Shown piece after piece: positions 38,061 to 48,617 of a stretch of DNA of 64,000 nucleotides. The stretch's first letter is position 1. The number at the start of each line of letters is the position of its first letter. Made by a program: the position numbers and the translations under genes. The notes under the pieces were generated by a model. That model did not search any database, was not told where the DNA came from, and was given only the letters and a program-made list of their open reading frames with translations. Origin of the DNA: Candidatus Latescibacterota bacterium (GTDB lineage Bacteria > Latescibacterota > UBA2968 > UBA8231); contig CBDCDC010000002.1 in the NCBI GenBank assembly GCA_965215195.1, positions 768,001 through 832,000 of the forward strand, read 5' to 3'.

Positions 38061-38839
38061 TGATCCCACCCTCCGCGCTCGACCTCTTCAGCCTCAAGGG
38101 CCGCACGGCCTTGGTGACGGGCGGCAGCAAGGGCCTCGGGGAAGCCATGGCCTGCGCCCTGTCCGCGGCCGGTGCGGCCGTGGCTCTCACCAGCCGCAAT
38201 GCCGAAGAAGCCCGCGCCGCAGCCGCGCAAATCAGGGCCCACACCAACGGCCGCGTACTCGCCTTCCAAGCCGACGCGGCCGACCGCGCCCAAGTGGAAG
38301 CCTCGGTCCGCCAAACCAGCGACGCTTTGGGGCCCATCGACATCCTAGTCAACAACGCCGGCATCAACATCCGCAGCCCCCTCGTCAAGCTGCGCGACGA
38401 GGATTGGGACGCGGTCCTCGCCATCAACCTCACCGGCCCGATGTACTACTGCCGCGCCGTGGGCCCGCAGATGATCGAGCGCGGCTACGGCCGCGTCATC
38501 AACCTCGGATCTACAGTGTCTCAGGTCTCAATCGCCGACCGCACCCCGTATGCCTCGAGCAAGGGCGGCATCGTCCAGCTCACCAAGACCCTCGCCCTCG
38601 AATGGGCACGGCACGGGATCACCGTCAACGCCATCTGCCCCGGCCCTTTTATCACCCCAATCAACGCCCCCCTGCTGCAAGACCCGGCCAAGGCGCGCCA
38701 AATGATCGCCAAGGTCCCCATGGACCGCTGGGGCGAACCGGCCGAGCTGGCCACGGCCGTTCTCTATTTTGCCTCAGAAGCATCGGGCTTTACCACCGGG
38801 GCGACCCTGGTCGTCGATGGCGGGTACACCGCTCAGTAG
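38057..38839 (+). CDS. SDR oxidoreductase (gluconate 5-dehydrogenase-like)
   Basis: TGGSKGLG, NNAG, YASSK, VDGG. Confidence 0.92.
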   Translation: MMIPPSALDLFSLKGRTALVTGGSKGLGEAMACALSAAGAAVALTSRNAEEARAAAAQIRAHTNGRVLAFQADAADRAQVEASVRQTSDALGPIDILVNNAGINIRSPLVKLRDEDWDAVLAINLTGPMYYCRAVGPQMIERGYGRVINLGSTVSQVSIADRTPYASSKGGIVQLTKTLALEWARHGITVNAICPGPFITPINAPLLQDPAKARQMIAKVPMDRWGEPAELATAVLYFASEASGFTTGATLVVDGGYTAQ

Positions 38840-38845
38840 CGCGGT

Positions 38846-39646
38846 CTAAAGCCGACGGCAAACCCTCCTAAAAGCGAACCGCGTCAGGCGGGGCAAGTGC
38901 TGGCGCAGCTTGATCAGCAAATGCGCGGCCGCGTCTGGGACGCTCTTGCGCTTACCCGCAGCTACGGCGTCTGCGATGGCCTGGGCCACTTCCTCGGCCG
39001 ACTTGGCGAACTTTTCCTGCACCGGCAGGTGCTGCGTACCGGCCCGCGCGGCAAACTCGGTATGCACCAAGCCCGGCTCCACGAGGTGGACGCCAATGCC
39101 TTGGGGTGCCAGCTCGTAGTCGAGGCTTTCGGCCAAGCCGCTCATCGCGAATTTGGTCGCGCTGTACACGGCGTGCTTGGGCACGGGGAACTCCCCGACA
39201 ATACTCGAGATGAAGACCAACCGGCCCCGCCCTTGCGCCAGCATACCCGGCAGAAACGCTCGGGTGCAGTAGATGACCCCGAGCAGGTTCGTTTGCACCA
39301 CAGCCGCGCATTCGCGCACATCCGCGTCGGCAAAGGGGCCGTAATGCCCCCGACCCGCGTTGTTGATCAGCACGTCGGCCCCGCCCCATTGCGCCTCCAC
39401 TTCGGCGTGCAAAGCACCGACTTGGGCCAGATCGCCGACGTCGCACACCACCACGAGCGGCCGCCGGCCGCCGCTTTCTTCAATCGCCGACCCCAGTTCT
39501 GCTAAAGCCTCGGCGCGGCGCGCCACCAACGCCAAGCGAGCCCCGCGCTCGGCTAGCACGAGGGCCAAGGCGCGGCCGATGCCGCTGCTGGCCCCGGTCA
39601 GCACGACCCGCAGGTTATCCCAGTTCACAATCCCGTTTTTTTTCAT
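38846..39646 (-). CDS. SDR oxidoreductase
   Basis: TGASSGIG, NNAG, YSATK, PGLVHTEF. Confidence 0.92.
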   Translation of the reverse strand: MKKNGIVNWDNLRVVLTGASSGIGRALALVLAERGARLALVARRAEALAELGSAIEESGGRRPLVVVCDVGDLAQVGALHAEVEAQWGGADVLINNAGRGHYGPFADADVRECAAVVQTNLLGVIYCTRAFLPGMLAQGRGRLVFISSIVGEFPVPKHAVYSATKFAMSGLAESLDYELAPQGIGVHLVEPGLVHTEFAARAGTQHLPVQEKFAKSAEEVAQAIADAVAAGKRKSVPDAAAHLLIKLRQHLPRLTRFAFRRVCRRL

Positions 39647-39837
39647 AATAAGAATTACACCTATTTTTTGTCTTTTAGAGAAAATTTCACAAACCCATTA
39701 TTTTATTAAACTTATATATATTATTTGACTCGTTTTTGCCGTCGTATTTTCACTATGGGAAAACACCTGTTTATTGCTGCGCGGCAAGGGAAAGCGTAAG
39801 TTCTTTATAAACAAAACCCTAGCAAAATCTCCGCCCC

Positions 39838-39855
39838 TTGGCACAAACTTTGCAT
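39838..39855 (+). promoter_or_regulatory. Sigma54 (-24/-12) promoter of groES-groEL
   Basis: TTGGCAC-AAACT-TTGCAT matches TGGCAC-N5-TTGC, preceded by a long AT-rich tract. Confidence 0.7.
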
Positions 39856-39899
39856 ATAACATCCCAGAGCCATTTTACCCCAAAAAGGAGGAGCCACTC

Positions 39900-41838
<1,939 letters not shown>

Positions 41839-41864
41839 GGGGAGCTTGGCGCACGTGCGAAAGC

Positions 41865-41905
41865 GAAAGCGGGCGGGGTGTTTCATCCCGCCCGCTTTCT
41901 TTGTT
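41865..41905 (+). terminator. Intrinsic terminator after groEL
   Basis: GAAAGCGGGCGGG...CCCGCCCGCTTTC followed by TTTGTT. Confidence 0.85.
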
Positions 41906-42015
41906 GAATTATATACATGAGTGTCGATAATCAAGCCACGACCATTCGATTCCAACGAGAAGTTCTATGACCCTACGCTGAGCAAATTCGCCGTGGGCAA
42001 TCTGCGAGGAAACAG

Positions 42016-42444
42016 ATGGAAAAAGTGAAAAACTATTTTGATCGAGAACGAGTAGATACCGTAGGAGCATTTCTATCTTTTTCGTGTGCGATCCACTGCG
42101 TGGCAATGCCGCTTTTAGTAACAATTCTGCCGTTATTGGGGCTTGGGTTCCTCGCAAGCGAACGCGCGGAATTAATCATTATTGGAGCCGTTGCACTCGC
42201 ATTAGGTAGCGTCGTTTGGGGGATTAGGCATCACAGAAGTTGGCGAGCATTTCTCATCCTCGTAGTGGCAGTAGCGTTCATCGCCACCGCCCACATTGCT
42301 ACTGAAGGAATCTTTGAAGTAGTCCTCCATGCAACAGGAGGCCTCCTCCTCGCAGCAGCACATCTCCTAAATCGGCACCTATGTAAAATATGTCCTGCAT
42401 GTGAACGCGAACATCCGGGTGATTTCCACTCGCTGCGGCATTGA
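42016..42444 (+). CDS. MerC-domain membrane protein
   Basis: DTVGAFLSFSCAIHCVAMP, GIRHHR, AAHLLN, Cys/His tail CKICPACEREH. Confidence 0.85.
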   Translation: MEKVKNYFDRERVDTVGAFLSFSCAIHCVAMPLLVTILPLLGLGFLASERAELIIIGAVALALGSVVWGIRHHRSWRAFLILVVAVAFIATAHIATEGIFEVVLHATGGLLLAAAHLLNRHLCKICPACEREHPGDFHSLRH

Positions 42445-42579
42445 CAGCCATCGTCGTTTGCTTGAAAGTTTAGCGGCTGAAGATTCAGCCGCTGTCCCAG
42501 CTATTTGGGACACGCAGGTATATAATTCCCTTTCGTTGGATACGCGATTTCAGTCCACTACTTCCCCAAGGACCTACCC

Positions 42580-43698
42580 ATGCCCACCCTGTACCAACGC
42601 CTCGGCCTGCGCCCCTTCATCAACGCCCGCGGCACCATCACCACGCTCGGCGGCTCCATCATGCCCGCGCCCGTGGTCGAGGCCATGGTCGAAGCGTCGC
42701 GCCAATTCGTCCACCTCAACGAGTTGCACGAAAAGGCCGGGGCCCGCATTGCCGAGTTGACCGGGGCCGAAGCGGCCTTTGTGTCTGCGGGCGCGGCCAG
42801 CGGCATGCTCTTGGCCGGTGCGGCCTGCCTGACCGGCATGGACGCCCGCGCCATTGCCCAGCTTCCCGAGGTCGAAGATCGGCCCAACCAGTTCGTCATC
42901 AGCTTGGTCGATTCGCATTCCTACGTCCATCAGGGCTTTCGCGTCAGCGGCGGCGAGCTGGTCAAAGTCGGGAGCAAAAAAGCGGTGACGCTCGACGATT
43001 ACGTCGCCGGTATTGGCCCCAAGACTGCGGCTGTCGTGTACTTCCTCGGCAGCCAGCCCCTGTCCGAGCTGCCCGCGCTCGTCGCCGCCGCCCACGAGCG
43101 CAACGTGCCGGTCATCGTGGATGCGGCCGCGCAACTGCCGCCGCGCTCCAACCTGACCGACCTGCCGGCCATGGGCTGCGACCTGTCGGTGTTCAGCGGC
43201 GGCAAGGGCCTGTTTGGGCCGCAGTCATCGGGTCTGATCTTGGGACGCCAAGACCTGATTGCCGCCTGCCACCTCAACTCCAACCCGCACTCGGCCATTG
43301 GCCGCGGCATGAAGGTCGGCAAAGAGGAAATATGCGGCTTGGTGCGTGCGGTCGAACTGTTCTTTGAAATGGATGAGGCAGCGCAAGTGGCCGAGTGGGA
43401 GCGCCGCTGCCGAGTCGTGGCCGAGGCCGTCGAAGGCCTCGCCGGCATTGAGGCCCGTTTTACCAGAGCCTACGAGAACAAATTTCCGCCGGCCTCGCCG
43501 CTGGTGCATCTGCACTTTGGCGACGCGCAAGTCGCCGACGCGGTCGCCCGCGCCTTAGAGGAAGGCGAGCCGTCGATCCTCGTCAGCGGCAGCGACACCG
43601 CGCTCAGCATTGGGCCGCAGACCCTCTTAGACGGCCAAGCCGAAATCATCGCCGACCGCCTCCAGCACATCTTAACCACAGGAGCCAATCCGCCATGA
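42580..43698 (+). CDS. SelA-like/DgaE-family PLP-dependent enzyme
   Basis: INARGTITTLGGS, IVDAAAQ, FSGGKG..GPQSSG, IGRGMKVGKEE. Confidence 0.88.
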   Translation: MPTLYQRLGLRPFINARGTITTLGGSIMPAPVVEAMVEASRQFVHLNELHEKAGARIAELTGAEAAFVSAGAASGMLLAGAACLTGMDARAIAQLPEVEDRPNQFVISLVDSHSYVHQGFRVSGGELVKVGSKKAVTLDDYVAGIGPKTAAVVYFLGSQPLSELPALVAAAHERNVPVIVDAAAQLPPRSNLTDLPAMGCDLSVFSGGKGLFGPQSSGLILGRQDLIAACHLNSNPHSAIGRGMKVGKEEICGLVRAVELFFEMDEAAQVAEWERRCRVVAEAVEGLAGIEARFTRAYENKFPPASPLVHLHFGDAQVADAVARALEEGEPSILVSGSDTALSIGPQTLLDGQAEIIADRLQHILTTGANPP

Positions 43699-44000
43699 CC
43701 GAAGACAAAACCACCCTCAGCGCCGCCGAAGTAGATGCCGAATTGCAAACGCTCGCAGGCTGGAGCCGCGACGGCATCATCATCTCGCGCGACTTCGTCT
43801 TTGCCAACTTCAAGGACATCACCTCGTTCCTCAACCACCTGACCCGCACCATCACCGAGCAGAATCACCACCCGGACTTCTCCTTGGACACCGGCAAGCG
43901 CACCATCGCCGTCTCGGTAACAACCCACAGCGAAGGAGCCGTCACCCGCTCGGATATCCTCTTCGCCCGCACGCTCAACGAGTGGCAGCCGGGGAGCTGA
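43695..44000 (+). CDS. Pterin-4a-carbinolamine dehydratase
   Basis: NHHPD, TTHSEGAVT..D. Confidence 0.9.
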   Translation: MTEDKTTLSAAEVDAELQTLAGWSRDGIIISRDFVFANFKDITSFLNHLTRTITEQNHHPDFSLDTGKRTIAVSVTTHSEGAVTRSDILFARTLNEWQPGS

Positions 44001-44065
44001 ATGACCCAAACGGAAGAACCTTCGCACTGATGCAGGACGTGAACCCGTGCGGCAATGGGCTGGAT

Positions 44066-44863
44066 TCAAAGTACATAGGCGAGACTGATTCCCACGAGGA
44101 GGGATGCGATGAGCTTGCCGCGATCGTGGCTGTGGAAATGGATCTCCGGTAACAGGTCGCTCAAGGCAATGCACAAGAACGCGCCCGCCGCAAAGGACAG
44201 CACATAGCCGATCACGGTCCCTTCTTCCGGGCCAAGCAATTCCACCCCCCCAAAGCTCGCCAGCGCCACGACCGGGCACAGCATGGCAAAGCCGACATTG
44301 GTCAATGTCCGGGCGCGCTGGCTGTGCCCGGCGTACTTCATCATGCTGACAATGGAGTACGCATCAAGCGGCTTGTGCAGCAGAATGACGAGGAATACCC
44401 CTAGGCCCGCCAAGGCGACTCCGTCTTCATACGGCGATTCCAACCTCATGCTGGTACCCAACGCGATCCCTTCGGTCGCGGTATGTACCCCTAGGCCGAG
44501 GGCCACGCCGAACAAACTCGGCGAATGGACGACACCGTGGTCGTCATACAGATCGCTCGCCTCGCGGCTGAAGTCGTGCTGGTGAAAGTGAAAGATATGC
44601 TGTAAGAGAATCATCAACACCATGCCTAACACCATCCATCCCACGGCTTTTTCTATGGCGCTAGGTCCAGGAATGTGATCGAGGCTATCGGGTAGCAGGT
44701 GAAACATGGCGATGCCGAGGATGAAGCCGGCTACGAGACTCATCACGACCTGAGTGCGCGTATGCGTCATGGTGCCCAAGGCCGCCAATTTGCCGCCGAG
44801 CAGGGAAGCGGCAAAGATGGCGGCTGAGTAGGCCGACAAAACCAGTAGAGCGTTTGCATCCAT
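44066..44863 (-). CDS. ZIP-family metal transporter (copy A)
   Basis: HLLP, HFHQH, GVHTATEGIALG, LHKPLD, DLLPE. Confidence 0.9.
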   Translation of the reverse strand: MDANALLVLSAYSAAIFAASLLGGKLAALGTMTHTRTQVVMSLVAGFILGIAMFHLLPDSLDHIPGPSAIEKAVGWMVLGMVLMILLQHIFHFHQHDFSREASDLYDDHGVVHSPSLFGVALGLGVHTATEGIALGTSMRLESPYEDGVALAGLGVFLVILLHKPLDAYSIVSMMKYAGHSQRARTLTNVGFAMLCPVVALASFGGVELLGPEEGTVIGYVLSFAAGAFLCIALSDLLPEIHFHSHDRGKLIASLLVGISLAYVL

Positions 44864-44879
44864 GACGACTATACTTTGT

Positions 44880-45920
44880 TCATCCTATCCGCCAAACCGT
44901 CGCGCCACCCCGCGCGTCGAGCGCGGCAAGCGCGCGCCCGTCAGGCCGCCAGTACAATTCGGCCACTGCGTCCGCCACAACCGCGGCCCCTATCGGATCG
45001 CCTTCTCCATCTCGCTGAAGCGACCACACAACCACAGCACCATCGCGGCCTCCCGATGCCAAGCGCATCGCGCCGGGAGCGAAGGAAAGCGTCGTGACGG
45101 GTTGAACATGAAACTCTAGAACGCCGGGCCGCGTACCTTCGGGACCCCCTCTCTGGAAGCTCCAGACCGTCACCGCCTCCCCTCCGCCAGTGGCCAAAAG
45201 GGTGCCGGTGTCATCGAAAGCCAAGGCCGACGGCTTGGCAGGATATCCGGACATCATGGAGTCCTCCTGCGTGGAACGACGCCAGAAGTGTACCGAGTTG
45301 TCTTGGCTGCCGCAGGCCACGATATCCCTGTTCGGGCTCAGTGCCATCGACACCAAGGATCCCTGCCACTCCAGCTTCTGGCGAAGCTCGCCGGTGGGCG
45401 CGTCGAAGAACGTCACTCGACCGTAACAGGCCGTCGCCAGCTCCCCTACGCTCGACCAAGCGATCGCGCTGACGGTGCTGGGATGATCATCAGATCGCCA
45501 AACCTCCGCGCCGTCCGCGCCATACGCGCGAACCTGCCGGGAGCAGGAGGCCGCCAACCATTGGCCGTCCGGCGACCACGCCACGTTTTCTACCCAACCG
45601 CTTCCGACGTCGATAGCCCGGCTTACCTGACCTTCGGCGGCACTCCAGATTAAGACTCGGCTGTCCTGGCCGGCCGTAGCGAACGCGGTTCCGCTTGGGT
45701 GGATCGCCACCGCGAGCACACCACCTTCATGAACCCCGCGCCGCTCCCAGGCGGTCGCGCCAGACTTGCCGTCGAATGCGTAGACGCCACCCGCAGCATC
45801 ACCGACCATCAGCACCTCACCGCGTAGGCTCCAACCCCCGGCGATGGCGTAGTCGCCAACCGCCGCAGACCAGCCCCGGCGAAGATCGCCCCTCGGGCTA
45901 CCGACATTCAAATCAGACAT
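44880..45920 (-). CDS. WD40-repeat protein associated with COG0523
   Basis: ATAGQDSRVLIW, WSPDGQWLA, GSQDNSVHFW, LASGGRDGAVVVW. Confidence 0.9.
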   Translation of the reverse strand: MSDLNVGSPRGDLRRGWSAAVGDYAIAGGWSLRGEVLMVGDAAGGVYAFDGKSGATAWERRGVHEGGVLAVAIHPSGTAFATAGQDSRVLIWSAAEGQVSRAIDVGSGWVENVAWSPDGQWLAASCSRQVRAYGADGAEVWRSDDHPSTVSAIAWSSVGELATACYGRVTFFDAPTGELRQKLEWQGSLVSMALSPNRDIVACGSQDNSVHFWRRSTQEDSMMSGYPAKPSALAFDDTGTLLATGGGEAVTVWSFQRGGPEGTRPGVLEFHVQPVTTLSFAPGAMRLASGGRDGAVVVWSLQRDGEGDPIGAAVVADAVAELYWRPDGRALAALDARGGATVWRIG

Positions 45921-47311
45921 GCTTCGAACTCCTGCCGCATGCTCTGCTCATCGAGGTTGCGGCCGATGAAGACGAGCTGATTGTGGCGGGGCGCGTCCCC
46001 CCATTCGCGATCCGGCTGGCCGTCAAAGAGCATGTGAACCCCCTGGAAGACGAAGCGATGCGACTCACCTGCGAGGCTGATGAAGCCCTTCATTCGGAAG
46101 ATGTCCACCCCGCGCTCACCAAGCAGTTTGCCAAGCCAAGCGTTGAGCCTGACGAGATCGACGTCGCCGTCCCTCTCGATCGCGATTGAGCCCACCTCGT
46201 CGTCGTGCTCGTGCTGTGCGACCCAGGTTCGCTCGACCTCGACGGGAACCACCGCTCCCTTGATGCGCAGGGCGCCGGTCTCTGTGGAGGCAAGATTGGA
46301 GCGCGGACTGTCTCCATCCGCGTTCGTCAGTTGGAGATCGAACTCCTCCGCGAGGTGCTGGGCGTAGAGGCCAACCCGCACCTGCGTATCGACCTCCAAG
46401 AAGAACGACTTGCGCCCTCGGGAATCGAGCCGGAGGTTCACATGCTTTCCGACCGGAATATCTTCCCCCGGGCGAATGAGCTCCGCAGGTTCGGCGTACC
46501 GCCGCACACACCACTCCGCACCCTCGCGGAGGGCAGCGTCATCTATGCCTTGGTCGGACACGACGACGAGCGACATCGCCGGGTCCGGTCCATCAGCGAG
46601 GCTGAGTTCGTAGCGGCCCATAGCGAGCGAATAGACTCCAGTCCATTCGAACGGATACTCCGGCTCGAGGAAGGTGGGGCGACGCTCGAGCGCCTGGTCC
46701 AAGTTGAAGGCACCGAGGTTGAGTACTGTGTCGACGGAGACATGCGCCCGCTCGCTGCGCACGACTCGCGCCATTCGGTTCATGTCTCGGAGCCGAGCTT
46801 CGAGCCTGTCGAGCACCTCGCCATTGACGAGGTCCGTCTTGTTGAGCACGAGAACATCTGCGAACGCGATTTGCTCCGTGCTTTCGTCGCTTCGGCCGAG
46901 CTGCTGCTCAATGTGGGCTGCATCGACGAGCGTGACGATTCCGTCAAGCGAGAACTCCGCGCGAATCTCGTCGTCCATGAAGAAGGTCTGAGCGACCGGA
47001 CCGGGATCGGCGAGCCCTGTGGTCTCCACCAACACATAGTCGAACTTGTCGCGGCGCTTCATGAGATTGCCGAGCACGCGAATCAGGTCTCCGCGCACCG
47101 TGCAGCAGATGCAGCCGTTCGACATCTCAAAGATCTCCTCGTCAGCGTTGATGACGAGCGCCTGATCGATGCCGACTTCCCCATACTCGTTTTCAATCAC
47201 GGCAATGCGCTTGCCGTGCTCCTCACTCAAAATCCGGTTGAGTAGGGTCGTCTTGCCAGAGCCGAGGAAGCCGGTGAGGATGGTAACAGGTACTTTTCGC
47301 GGCGTATTCAT
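45908..47311 (-). CDS. COG0523/CobW-family metallochaperone GTPase
   Basis: GFLGSGKTT, ENEYGE, GCICC, ETTGLADP, NKTD, RMKG, FQGVH, LVFIGR. Confidence 0.95.
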   Translation of the reverse strand: MNTPRKVPVTILTGFLGSGKTTLLNRILSEEHGKRIAVIENEYGEVGIDQALVINADEEIFEMSNGCICCTVRGDLIRVLGNLMKRRDKFDYVLVETTGLADPGPVAQTFFMDDEIRAEFSLDGIVTLVDAAHIEQQLGRSDESTEQIAFADVLVLNKTDLVNGEVLDRLEARLRDMNRMARVVRSERAHVSVDTVLNLGAFNLDQALERRPTFLEPEYPFEWTGVYSLAMGRYELSLADGPDPAMSLVVVSDQGIDDAALREGAEWCVRRYAEPAELIRPGEDIPVGKHVNLRLDSRGRKSFFLEVDTQVRVGLYAQHLAEEFDLQLTNADGDSPRSNLASTETGALRIKGAVVPVEVERTWVAQHEHDDEVGSIAIERDGDVDLVRLNAWLGKLLGERGVDIFRMKGFISLAGESHRFVFQGVHMLFDGQPDREWGDAPRHNQLVFIGRNLDEQSMRQEFEACLI

Positions 47312-47338
47312 CTAATTCTCCTTTAACGTGAGTTCGAG

Positions 47339-48574
47339 TTAAGACTTGCCACTGCTGAGGTCCCGATCGCCCATGCTGGACCGGAAGCGAAGATTGAGTA
47401 GCATATCCTCGTAGCCACGGCGCAGGGCACCGGCGCGGAAGCGCCAGACGATCAGGGCGATGAGGAGCAAAGCACTGCCCCATTGCAGGAGTTGAACGGC
47501 TGGCGTATGGGAGGCGTCGAGGTTCACGGAAATTGCCAGACCAACGGCTAGCAGCAGCGCATCGATGGCGATGCCGAGAACGACTGTAACCGCGATGACT
47601 GCGGCGACGTAGATGGATGCAAAGCGGGAGCCGAAGCGGCTGACGATGATCGCGATGGTGCCCGTGTTGGTAGCCGGTCCAGTCATCAGAAAAATCAGTG
47701 CCGCGCCGGGGCTGACTCCATTGGCAACTAGCGCGGCGGCGATTGGAGTACTGGCGGATGCGCAGATGTAGAGAGGGATGCCGATCAGCACCATGACCGG
47801 ATAGGACAGATAGCGGGCGTACTCGTGCGCCATCAGATCGCTCGGAAGCGCCAGAAAGAGCACGCCGCCCAGCACGACCCCCACCAGCAGCGCAAAGAGA
47901 ATGTCGTCGGCTATCTCAATGAAGCCATGGCGAAAGACGTGCCTGACCAGCTTTTTGAAGTCAAGCTCTTGATTGTCGGTGGGGACTTCTGCGGTGGATT
48001 GTCGGCCAGCGATTCCCTTCAACCAGTTGACCAGTTGCGAAGGGCTGACATAGCAATCATCCCTGTCGGCTATGAGGGATTGGTGATGATCGTGGCTACA
48101 TTCATGGTAGTGATCGTGGTCGCTTGCCTCGGCTTCATCTCGGTCGTCTCTTATCAGTCTGATGCAAAAAAGCCCGGCGACGACCGCGGTGATGAAGCTG
48201 ATGACGGGCCGCACAATGGCAACGATGGGTCCGAAAAAGGCGTTGGTGACTAAGATCGAATCCGCACCCGTCTCCGGCGCGGTGATCAAGAAAGACATGC
48301 AGGACGAACGGGACGCGCCCTTATTGCGCATCTCAGCGACTACCGGCACGACCGAGCAACTGCACAGGGGCACGGGTACGCCAATAGCCGAACTCATGGT
48401 CACGGATTTTAGGCTGTCGTCGCGGAGCCAGCGGAGAATGGCCTGACGGGAGATAAACACATGAATCAGGCCGGAGAGGAACAGCCCCAGCAGCAGCATG
48501 GGGGCTAGCAGTAAAAAGGAAGCCCAGAGGAAGGCAAAAAAACTGGTTAATATCCCAAGAAAATCAAAGGTCAT
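47339..48574 (-). CDS. DUF318/SO_0444-family metal permease (copy A)
   Basis: PLCSCSVVP, PETGADS, His loop DHDHYHECSHDHH, YICASASTP, GPATN. Confidence 0.88.
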   Translation of the reverse strand: MTFDFLGILTSFFAFLWASFLLLAPMLLLGLFLSGLIHVFISRQAILRWLRDDSLKSVTMSSAIGVPVPLCSCSVVPVVAEMRNKGASRSSCMSFLITAPETGADSILVTNAFFGPIVAIVRPVISFITAVVAGLFCIRLIRDDRDEAEASDHDHYHECSHDHHQSLIADRDDCYVSPSQLVNWLKGIAGRQSTAEVPTDNQELDFKKLVRHVFRHGFIEIADDILFALLVGVVLGGVLFLALPSDLMAHEYARYLSYPVMVLIGIPLYICASASTPIAAALVANGVSPGAALIFLMTGPATNTGTIAIIVSRFGSRFASIYVAAVIAVTVVLGIAIDALLLAVGLAISVNLDASHTPAVQLLQWGSALLLIALIVWRFRAGALRRGYEDMLLNLRFRSSMGDRDLSSGKS

Positions 48575-48617
48575 TCTGTGCAATCCCATCGTCCGGTGAG
48601 TAAATTCAGACGAATTC

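Noticed and set aside
41917-41970. 17-codon uORF upstream of merC
   Set aside because: It has no RBS, no Cys/His content and no arrest motif.
42016-42444. Mercury-resistance operon
   Set aside because: No merA, merR, merT or merP is present; this MerC-domain gene fits the neighbouring metal-uptake context.
42580-43698. True selA (selenocysteine synthase)
   Set aside because: It is short, lacks the N-terminal tRNA-binding region, and has no selB/selC/selD nearby; it fits the SelA-like/DgaE group.
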